This document shows, piece by piece, positions 9,096-17,085 of a DNA stretch of 21,902 nt (positions are counted from its first letter, which is position 1; the number at the start of each line of letters is the position of its first letter). Below the pieces are notes generated by a model, which ran no database searches, had not been told where the DNA came from, and saw only the letters and a list, made by a program, of their open reading frames with translations. A program made the translations under genes and the position numbers. The stretch is from Candidatus Micrarchaeota archaeon (GTDB taxonomy: Archaea; Iainarchaeota; Iainarchaeia; Iainarchaeales; JAGVWC01). The stretch lies in NCBI GenBank assembly GCA_043803815.1, contig JAZDJR010000027.1, positions 1 through 21,902 of the forward strand, in the 5' to 3' direction.

Positions 9096-10088
9096 TCATT
9101 TATCCAAAAACGCGCCAGCCACGAGCAATGGAAACAAAATTGTGGTATCGCCGACGACTTTTACGGTGTTGGCGTCCGCGGAGATTTTTCCCCATGATTT
9201 GGCTTCTTCCGGCTCGGCACCCGAGTCTGAGCCGTCGAATTCGCTCGAAGTATTCATATAAATCGCGTATTTGGCGCCTTCGCGGTACATGTTGGCGTTG
9301 CAAAGCGTGTGCTTGACAAGCCCCGCGCCGACAATCAAAATTCCGGTTTCTTTGGCGTCGAGTGTCATTTCAATCAGGCGATGATGGTCCATAATCTGGT
9401 CGATTACGAGCTTGGTTTTCTGGTTGTAATTGAAAAAATAGCAGTTGTCCCCTACCGCGCCGTCCATGAAAGCAGGGCAAAAAATCGGAATATTGTTTTT
9501 GGATGCCCAATAACAAATCGATTCGCGGTTGTCGATAATCTCACCCATTTTTTTGATTATTTCCGAAGCAGAAAAAATTTTTCCCGAATTGATTTGCTCA
9601 TTCAGGCACTCTTTCAGGATGGGCTGAAAGAATTTTTCAAACCAGGTATAATGCTCGTTTGGCGCGAGCAGATTTCCGATGCGATTAATCCCTTTTTTTC
9701 GCAAGGCTGCGCCATCCAGGCGAAAATCCGCGACAAAAAAAGGCGCGTGGCACTTGATAAAATCCTCTTCGATTCCGCCGGTTGTGGTCACGAGGCAATC
9801 GACCAAGCGGTGCTCGACCAAATAGCGGATGACTTCGCGGTTGCCGCTGGAAACCTGATTTGAAGTATACCCCAAAAAAAGCGTTACTTTTTCTTTTCGC
9901 ATTTTTTTGCAGATTTCAATGGCGCGGGCAAGGTGCGTAGCCTGAAAGCCCGCGGTTCCAAACGAATCCAAAAGTTTCGAAAGGTCCGCGGGTTCGTTAA
10001 AATCAATTCCGCGAACCGCTATGCCGCTTGCTTTCGCGCTTTTCTTAAAAATGCTCTTATACGCGTCCTTAAAGGTTTTTTTAGCCAA
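9096..10088 (-). CDS. dys: Deoxyhypusine synthase
   Basis: GFQAT, LGYTSNQVSSG.RE, TTGGIEED, GINRIGN and FDGSDSGA.PEEAKSWGK (catalytic Lys). TTG start after GGTGAT. Confidence 0.97.
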   Translation of the reverse strand: MAKKTFKDAYKSIFKKSAKASGIAVRGIDFNEPADLSKLLDSFGTAGFQATHLARAIEICKKMRKEKVTLFLGYTSNQVSSGNREVIRYLVEHRLVDCLVTTTGGIEEDFIKCHAPFFVADFRLDGAALRKKGINRIGNLLAPNEHYTWFEKFFQPILKECLNEQINSGKIFSASEIIKKMGEIIDNRESICYWASKNNIPIFCPAFMDGAVGDNCYFFNYNQKTKLVIDQIMDHHRLIEMTLDAKETGILIVGAGLVKHTLCNANMYREGAKYAIYMNTSSEFDGSDSGAEPEEAKSWGKISADANTVKVVGDTTILFPLLVAGAFLDK

Positions 10089-10178
10089 AAAATCACCAAA
10101 CCGATAAAATCACCAACAAAAGGGCTTTAAAAAGGATTTTGAAAACCAATAAAATACGCTAAAAAAACGGGTTTTGAA

Positions 10179-13034
10179 ATGACTTTAGACTTTTCCGGCA
10201 TGGAAGCCAAATGGCAAAAAGAATGGGACCAAAACCGCGTTTCCAAAGCCAATGCCCAAAAGGGAAAACCCAAGTTTTTTTTGATTTTTGCCTACCCCGG
10301 AATGTCGGGCTTTTTGCACGTTGGACACATGCGCGGCTTCACCTATTCCGACGTGATTACGCGATTCAAACGCATGCAGGGCTACAACGTTCTTTTTCCC
10401 GCGGGTTTTCACGCGAGCGGATTACCCGCGATTTCGTACGCCACCAAGGTCCGCAAAAAAGACCCTTCCACGATTGAACAACTCAAAGCATATGGACTGA
10501 ACTCAAACCAAATCGCGGAACTGGAAAAACCTGAAAATGTGGTCGCGTTTTTTTCCAAAGTTTATGTTAACGATTTTTGGAAACCGTTCGGATTCCTCAT
10601 CGACTGGAACCGAGGAATAAGCACGATTGCTCCCGAATACCAAAAATTCATCGAATGGCAATTCAAAAAACTCAAGCAAAACAATTTGCTCGTGCAAAAA
10701 CCGCACTACGCGCCCCAATGCCCCGTGGACGGACCGGTAGCCATCGACACCAGCGAAACCGACATTTCAAGCGGCGGAAACGCGCAAACACTCGAATACA
10801 CGCTCCTCAAATTCAAATACGATTCTTACGTTTTGCCTGCGGCCACGCTTCGGCCCGAAACCATTTTCGGAGTGACCAACTTTTGGCTTAACCCCGAAAC
10901 CACCTTGATTGAATGCGAATACCAAAACCAAAAATGGCTCGTTACCAAAGAAGCCGCCAATAAAATCGCTTACCAAAAACCGGAATTCCAAATCAAGACC
11001 AAAACCATTCCCGCAAAAGAACTCATCGGAAAAACCGTAACCAATCCCGCAACAAACCAAAAAATAATCATTTTGCCAGCCTTTTTTGTGGATGCTGGAA
11101 CCGGAACCGGCATTGTCATGAGCGTTCCCAGCCACGCGCCATTCGACTGGATAGCGCTTTTTGAACTGCAACAAAAACCCGAACAATTAAAAAAATTCGG
11201 AATCGACCAAAAACAATTGGACAGCATCCGGCCCATTTCATTAATCAATACCGCGGGCTACGGCCCCCACGCCGCAATCGAGGAATGCCAAAAGCGCGGA
11301 ATCGTTTCGCTTTCGCAGGAAAAAGAACTCGAAGAGGCAACCAAGGCGGTTTATGCCGCGGAGTTCCACGCGGGAAAACTAAACGCGATTTACAAGGAAT
11401 TGCAGGGAACCACCGTCAGCCAGGCTAAGGACAAAATCATCGAATCGTTCAAACGGCAAAAAATCTGCGACGACCTGCTCGGCTTTTCCGAAAAAGTGAT
11501 TTGCCGCTGCGGTACCGAAGTCGTATTCAAGCACATCCCCGATCAATGGTTCATCCGCTACTCAGACGAAACCCTAACCCAAAAAACCAAAGACCACGTA
11601 TCCGGCATGACCGTTGTTCCCGAACAATACAAAACCGAACTGCCCGCAATATTGGACTGGTTTTCCGACCGCGCCTGCGTCCGCCAGGGAAACTGGCTCG
11701 GCACGCGCTTTCCATTCGACAACAAATGGATAATCGAACCCATTTCCGATTCCACGCTTTATCCGTTGACTTATCTTTTCAGCAATTACGTCAAAGAAAA
11801 AAAACTCTCGGAAAAAAACCTGACCGAAGAATTCTTTGATTTTGTCTTTTTGGAAAAAGGAAAAAGCGGCGATGCGGCCAAAAAAAGCGGTATTAGCGAG
11901 GCTTTATTGGAGCAAATCCGGTCCGATGTCCAGTACTGGTACCCGTTAGACATCAATTTGGGGGGCAAGGAGCACAAAACCGTGCATTTCCCCGTTTTTT
12001 TAATGAACCATTGCGGAATACTGCCCCAAAAATACTGGCCAAAAGGCATTTTCGTCAACTGGTGGGTCACGGGCGAAATCGGCAAAATATCCAAATCCAA
12101 AGGCGGTGCAAACTCGCTTCACGACCTGACCACACGGTTTTCCGTCGACGCGCTTCGCCTCTATTACTGCAACATCGGAAACCCGCACCTGGATATCCAG
12201 TTCAGCGAAGAAACCGCCCAAAAATACAAAAACACGCTTGAACGAAACCAGCAAATAATCGAAAAAAGTTTGAGTAGCAAGACCACTGAACTGCGGCTGT
12301 TTTTGGACGAATGGCTCGAAAACAAGACCCGCGAACAATTCCAAACCGCCTACCAAGCTCTCGAAGAATACCGCATCAAGGAATACTCGGAAACCGTTTA
12401 CTATTCAATCCCCCAAACCATCAAGGACTACTTCCAGCGCGAAGGAAACAACGCCAAACTCCTGCAAAAAATCGTTTCCGAATGGACACTATCCATGGCA
12501 CCAATTACTCCCCACTTGGCCGAAGAAAACTGGCACGTTCTTTTAAAACAAAAAACATTAGTTTCCACACAAATTTGGAAACCCGATTCCAAACCCGTTA
12601 ATCCAAGCGTTCTTCAAGCCGAAAACATGATTAACCGGCTCTGCGAAGATATCGAAAAAATCAAATCGCTTGCCAAAATCGCCAAACCAAAATCGATTAC
12701 GTTTTATCCAAGCCCGAAATGGAAATGGAACCTGCTCAAAACAGTCCTAGACACCAACACCGACAAACCCGACTTCAAAAAAACAATCGGATTAATCATG
12801 CAAAAAACCGAATTCAAATCCCGCGGAAACGAAATCCCCCAACTCATCCAAAAAATCCTGAACGACGTGGGCTCCCTGCGCGAAATCGTTTCCGTTGACG
12901 AAGTTAAAGTACTTACGCAGGAACAAAAATTCTTCGAAAAAAAATTTGGCTGCACAATCAAAATCGAAGCGGAATCAGCCAACCCAAAAGCAGGCAAAAG
13001 CTTTCCGCAAAAACCGGCGATACAAATAGAATAA
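10179..13034 (+). CDS. leuS: Leucine--tRNA ligase (archaeal type)
   Basis: 951 aa. HVGH, ATLRPET, GTGIVMSVPSHAPFD (editing domain), IEPISDST and KISKSKG. Confidence 0.97.
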   Translation: MTLDFSGMEAKWQKEWDQNRVSKANAQKGKPKFFLIFAYPGMSGFLHVGHMRGFTYSDVITRFKRMQGYNVLFPAGFHASGLPAISYATKVRKKDPSTIEQLKAYGLNSNQIAELEKPENVVAFFSKVYVNDFWKPFGFLIDWNRGISTIAPEYQKFIEWQFKKLKQNNLLVQKPHYAPQCPVDGPVAIDTSETDISSGGNAQTLEYTLLKFKYDSYVLPAATLRPETIFGVTNFWLNPETTLIECEYQNQKWLVTKEAANKIAYQKPEFQIKTKTIPAKELIGKTVTNPATNQKIIILPAFFVDAGTGTGIVMSVPSHAPFDWIALFELQQKPEQLKKFGIDQKQLDSIRPISLINTAGYGPHAAIEECQKRGIVSLSQEKELEEATKAVYAAEFHAGKLNAIYKELQGTTVSQAKDKIIESFKRQKICDDLLGFSEKVICRCGTEVVFKHIPDQWFIRYSDETLTQKTKDHVSGMTVVPEQYKTELPAILDWFSDRACVRQGNWLGTRFPFDNKWIIEPISDSTLYPLTYLFSNYVKEKKLSEKNLTEEFFDFVFLEKGKSGDAAKKSGISEALLEQIRSDVQYWYPLDINLGGKEHKTVHFPVFLMNHCGILPQKYWPKGIFVNWWVTGEIGKISKSKGGANSLHDLTTRFSVDALRLYYCNIGNPHLDIQFSEETAQKYKNTLERNQQIIEKSLSSKTTELRLFLDEWLENKTREQFQTAYQALEEYRIKEYSETVYYSIPQTIKDYFQREGNNAKLLQKIVSEWTLSMAPITPHLAEENWHVLLKQKTLVSTQIWKPDSKPVNPSVLQAENMINRLCEDIEKIKSLAKIAKPKSITFYPSPKWKWNLLKTVLDTNTDKPDFKKTIGLIMQKTEFKSRGNEIPQLIQKILNDVGSLREIVSVDEVKVLTQEQKFFEKKFGCTIKIEAESANPKAGKSFPQKPAIQIE

Positions 13035-13137
13035 AACCGGCCAAGAAATCGAATATCGGGTTCTGTTTATTTGAAAAAACTGCCGTGACTTCTTTATATG
13101 TGATATATTTATATTATCTGTTTTTCATATAGTTGGT

Positions 13138-13782
13138 ATGCGTTTGTCGGAAAAGCGTTGGTTGACATTGGTTTGGATTTTGTCCAATAAGGACCGTTCG
13201 TGGAGTATTTTGGATTTGCAAAAATCAAGCAAGTCTTTGGGTTATGGCCCGATTTGGGATTTTGTAAAGGAACTGGAACGAAGCGGTTTCATAACAAAAG
13301 ACGAATCTTCGAATGAATTTCGGGTTTCAAAGGCGCGGGATTTGATTCAATTAATGGCGCTTTCGCGGCCCTTGTCCACTTTGTTTCCCCGCTTGTTTTA
13401 TTCTGCCAAGGATTTTACCGCCAAGCTGGAGTTGGTGTCCCGTGCAAAAATGGATTATGCCTTGACGGTTTTTGGGGCCAGCGAACTGTGGCGTTCGTAC
13501 GTGAAAACCGAACTCGTACATTTTTACGTTCAAACCAAAGACCTTTCAAAATGGGAAAAATATTTGTTGTCCAATGGCTGCCTGAAAGCCGAGCGTTCCG
13601 ACGCCAATATTTTACTGCACCCCGTTCCGTTAGAATCCTTTTTTAGCCTAACTCAAACCATCAAGAGACTAAAAGTCGCTCCGGCGCCAGTGGTTTTAGC
13701 GGACTTAATCAGTTTCGGAAGCCTAGGCCAGGAACAAGCCCAGTTTTTGATGGAAGAATGGCTTTCCGGCAGGATGAAATAA
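13138..13782 (+). CDS. wHTH-containing AbiEi-like antitoxin/regulator
   Basis: N-terminal wHTH, YALT..GA, VHFYV, ANILL and V.ADL...G..GQEQA pattern. TAATG-coupled to a nucleotidyltransferase gene. Confidence 0.65.
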   Translation: MRLSEKRWLTLVWILSNKDRSWSILDLQKSSKSLGYGPIWDFVKELERSGFITKDESSNEFRVSKARDLIQLMALSRPLSTLFPRLFYSAKDFTAKLELVSRAKMDYALTVFGASELWRSYVKTELVHFYVQTKDLSKWEKYLLSNGCLKAERSDANILLHPVPLESFFSLTQTIKRLKVAPAPVVLADLISFGSLGQEQAQFLMEEWLSGRMK

Positions 13783-14525
13783 TGGAACGCTTGATGATTA
13801 AAAAATCGGACGAGCTGTTGCGCCAGTTCTTTTTGGCGCTCTCGCCAAACGAGCGAATGCATGTCGGCCTTATGGGGGGCTGGGCCGTGCATTATTTGCT
13901 CAAGCGCGAAGGAAAAGAACACATGGGCTCCAGAGACATCGACATTTTTATTGACCCCCACACTATCAAAGAAAAAACGCTTTTTGAACACTTGAAAAAA
14001 CTCGGGTTCCAACCCCATTCGACGTTTCGCTGGTCAAAGTTCTTTCATTCTGAAACCGAACAAGAATTGTCCGGCGAAGAAAGCAAAAAACACCCTTCCC
14101 ACAATATTTCGCCCGTATTCTTTGACATCGCAACCCCGGTTAAAACCAAACACTCGATGCCCGAACCCCTGCTCAAAAAAGTCTATGCCGGACAAAAAGA
14201 AACCTTTTCCCTTTCCGGCGTCAATGTCATGGTTCCAAGCCCCAAAATACTCGTTGAAATGAAACTGGGCTCCAGCATCGAACGACCAGACCCCTTCAAA
14301 CGGGCCAAAGACCTCGTTGACCTATACAACTTATTGGATTGCTTTTCTGACTTGTGGGCAGTGAACAACAATGAGCGAATCAAAGTCAAAAACATACCTG
14401 CAAAAAAAATTAAAAAATTCAAAGCCAAACTGGACCAATTCCGAACCGACGGCACATTAAACGATGCTGCAACCCTGGCCCGAAACACTCCCGCCCGCAT
14501 GTATTCCCTATTCCAAAAAATGTGA
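13782..14525 (+). CDS. AbiEii-like nucleotidyltransferase (putative type IV toxin)
   Basis: LMGGWAV, GSRDIDI, L..MK and KDLVDL motifs. Start at ATG 13782, overlapping the upstream TAA. Confidence 0.75.
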   Translation: MERLMIKKSDELLRQFFLALSPNERMHVGLMGGWAVHYLLKREGKEHMGSRDIDIFIDPHTIKEKTLFEHLKKLGFQPHSTFRWSKFFHSETEQELSGEESKKHPSHNISPVFFDIATPVKTKHSMPEPLLKKVYAGQKETFSLSGVNVMVPSPKILVEMKLGSSIERPDPFKRAKDLVDLYNLLDCFSDLWAVNNNERIKVKNIPAKKIKKFKAKLDQFRTDGTLNDAATLARNTPARMYSLFQKM

Positions 14526-14893
14526 TTCGCACAAAAAGAATTTTGAACAAAACGCATAAAACGAACAAAAAAGGAAAAATAATACCCCGCAAAATTAATC
14601 GGCTTATTCAGCAAATACGCAATGCTTCCGCTCTTAATCTCAAAATCCATATCCTCATGAACCCGAACCGCGGACAACGCCAAAATCTCGGCAATCGCCA
14701 CATACCAAACCAAAGAAACCAATGAATAACCCGCCAAAACGGTTTTTCCGCTTGAAGCCAAACCGACACTCCACAACTGCGCATACGCAAACAACACAAC
14801 GGCCAAAAAAACAAACCGCCCGAAAAACTCGAACCGATACGAAAAAAAATCGCGCAAATTAATCCGAAAAACAGCCACGTACTTGGACAGCAT
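14526..14893 (-). pseudogene. Truncated ABC-2 family permease (DUF990-like)
   Basis: From ATG 14893: KYVAVFRINLRDFFSYRFEF..LW..LAGYS..LVWY..EIKSGSIAYLLNKPIN. After about 110-120 codons the frame runs antisense into the nucleotidyltransferase gene. Confidence 0.7.
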
Positions 14894-14982
14894 AACGACA
14901 AAAACCAACCACCAAACCCAATATAAAAAAAACCCGCAAAAAAAACGAGTATAATAACCCCCTATTTTTTCGACAAACAACG

Positions 14983-15003
14983 ATTCAACAATTTAGTTGA
15001 TTT
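14983..15003. promoter_or_regulatory. Palindromic operator-like site TCAAC-N6-GTTGA (copy 2)
   Basis: attcaacaatttagttgattt, about 87 bp upstream of the 15090 operon. An extra TCAAC half-site lies at 15008-15012. Confidence 0.65.
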
Positions 15004-15089
15004 ATTTTCAACCAGAATCATAATAATACCGCAAAGCGCAGCATATATGGAAACGAGTACATTATTCAAAATTTTAAAAGGATAATAAC

Positions 15090-16013
15090 ATGCTTGCACT
15101 GATTGGCTTGGGTTACTGGGGAAAAAATTATTATTCCACACTGACCAAGTTAGGAAAACGGTGTCTGCTTCGTTATATTTACGACTCTAACGAAAAATTA
15201 AGAGGGAAATATAGTGGTGAAAAAATAATCTTTGCCAAATCCATAGATGAAATTTTAAAAGATGACTCAGTCAAGGGAGTAATCATAGCTACCCCACCCG
15301 CCACTCATTTTAAAATTGCCAAGGCCTGTTTATTGGCTGGAAAAAATGTGCTTGTTGAAAAACCATGCACGGGAAATTTAAAAAAAGCGATGGAATTAAA
15401 GAAAATTTCGAACACGATTGGGCGCCAACTGCTCGTTGGAAACATTTTCCTATTTGATGACTGCGTTAAACGTCTCAAAACCAAAATTAAGAAACAAAAA
15501 ATAAAATTCGTCTCCATTAAGCGATTATTAACTCCTAAAAGAGAAGATGCCGATATACTCCTTGATGTTGTTTTTCACGATTTATATTTAACGAATTATC
15601 TCTTCGATAAGAATTTCAAGGCTAAACACGCATTTATAACCAAGAAATTTGCACGCCAATTTGATTATGCTCACATAACCCTATCCAATGGACCGACCAT
15701 TGTTTGCATCGAAGCGGGGCTGGTTTATCCAAAAAAAGTAAGAGAGCTTCTATTAGTAAGCGACAAAAAAAGTTTCTTTTATGACCAAAACTATTTGACT
15801 GAATACAAAAATATTTTTTCCGAACAAATACCCCGCTTTAAACTCCTTTCAAAAACCAAAAATCGCGCAACCCCATTGGAAAACGAATGTATCAATTTCA
15901 AAAACGCGATTCTTGGCGGAAAAGACAACTACAAAACCCTGCACTACGCGTTAATAAGTTTGCAAAAAATCAAAGAAATCAGGAAGTTATGCCATGCAAA
16001 TACCTTTTGTTGA
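15090..16013 (+). CDS. Gfo/Idh/MocA family NAD(P)-dependent oxidoreductase
   Basis: IGLGYWGKN, ATPPATH, GKNVLVEKP and D...HD motifs. AAGGA SD. Confidence 0.92.
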   Translation: MLALIGLGYWGKNYYSTLTKLGKRCLLRYIYDSNEKLRGKYSGEKIIFAKSIDEILKDDSVKGVIIATPPATHFKIAKACLLAGKNVLVEKPCTGNLKKAMELKKISNTIGRQLLVGNIFLFDDCVKRLKTKIKKQKIKFVSIKRLLTPKREDADILLDVVFHDLYLTNYLFDKNFKAKHAFITKKFARQFDYAHITLSNGPTIVCIEAGLVYPKKVRELLLVSDKKSFFYDQNYLTEYKNIFSEQIPRFKLLSKTKNRATPLENECINFKNAILGGKDNYKTLHYALISLQKIKEIRKLCHANTFC

Positions 16014-17085
16014 CCTCTACCGAGAGAATCGCATCTGCCAAAAAAGAGTCTTGAATTCAATAACCGAACTGATACAGAACGGCACCTTTATTCTTGGCAA
16101 AGACGTAGAGACTTTTGAAAAAAAATTTTCCGACTATATTGGAGCCAAGTATTGCGTTGGAGTTAATTCTGGAACCGACGCGCTGTACCTGGCGCTCTTA
16201 GCCAACAATATTGGACCCGGAGACGAAGTTATCACAACAGCAAACACATACATAGCAACCGCATTGAGCATCAAATATACCGGGGCCAAAACAGTTTTTG
16301 TTGACATAAAACCGGGGCAGTATAACATAAATCCGGAAAAAATACAGGAAAAAATCACCCCAAAAACAAAGGCTATTTTGCCAATACACTTATTTGGGCA
16401 TCCAGCCAATTTAAAGGAAATAAAAAGGGTTGCCGATGAAAACGACCTCGCATTAATCGAGGATTGTTGTCAGGCCCACGGAGCAACAGCAAACAATCGC
16501 AAAGTCGGAACTTTTGGGGACGCGGGATGTTTTAGTTTTTACCCGTCAAAAAACCTTGGCGCGTTTGGAGATGGGGGAGCACTAGTAACAAATAATCAAA
16601 ATATTTACAAAAAAGCGCTTGCCATGCGCTCCTATGGCCAAGTCGCCAAAAATAAACATGATTTATTCGGCGTCAACAGCAGGCTGGATTCTATCCAAGC
16701 GCTTGTTCTGCTTGAAAAATTAAAATATCTCGACGAAAACAACAAAAAAAGAAGGATTCTCGCTAAACGATATAAAAACGGCCTAACAAGCAAAGAATTT
16801 ATCCTGCCAAAAGAAGAGAAAAATTGTAAATCCGTTTATCACTTGTTTGTTATAAGAACAAAAAAACGCGCCCAACTCATCAAGTACCTCACGTCAAAAA
16901 AAATCGGGTTTGGAATACACTACCCAATTCCGATTCATCACCAAAAAATTTTTTCCGAGTATTGTGGACAAAAACTCCCAATAACCGAAAAATACAGCAA
17001 CGAAATAATTTCGCTCCCATTTTTTCCCCATATGTTAGAAGAAGAAATATCTCGAGTAATTGAAAAATTAAATGAATTTGGATGA
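15994..17085 (+). CDS. DegT/DnrJ/EryC1/StrS family PLP aminotransferase
   Basis: IPFVDL, NSGTDAL, GDEVI, HLFG, EDCCQAHGA, SFYPSKNLGAFGDGG (PLP Lys) and NSRLD. Confidence 0.95.
   Translation: MQIPFVDLYRENRICQKRVLNSITELIQNGTFILGKDVETFEKKFSDYIGAKYCVGVNSGTDALYLALLANNIGPGDEVITTANTYIATALSIKYTGAKTVFVDIKPGQYNINPEKIQEKITPKTKAILPIHLFGHPANLKEIKRVADENDLALIEDCCQAHGATANNRKVGTFGDAGCFSFYPSKNLGAFGDGGALVTNNQNIYKKALAMRSYGQVAKNKHDLFGVNSRLDSIQALVLLEKLKYLDENNKKRRILAKRYKNGLTSKEFILPKEEKNCKSVYHLFVIRTKKRAQLIKYLTSKKIGFGIHYPIPIHHQKIFSEYCGQKLPITEKYSNEIISLPFFPHMLEEEISRVIEKLNEFG

Noticed and set aside
9309-9863. 184-aa plus-strand ORF and other short nested ORFs in the track
   Set aside because: They lie antisense to or out of frame within well-supported genes (dys, leuS, GT2, phosphodiesterase).
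10089-10116. Direct repeat aaaatcaccaa x2 between dys and leuS
   Set aside because: Short and A-rich. One copy is explained as the GGTGAT ribosome-binding site of dys, and two copies are not enough to call an array.
14183-14980. 265-aa ORF as an intact membrane protein
   Set aside because: Only the part from ATG 14893 to ~14560 is permease-like. The remainder is the antisense of the nucleotidyltransferase gene.
15090-17085. Ordinary surface-glycan sugar genes (WbpB/WbpE-like) as the sole explanation
   Set aside because: Not excluded, but not adopted as the call. The operon has no acyltransferase, glycosyltransferase or nucleotidyltransferase, and the genes are coupled to Nudix and TrpRS genes.
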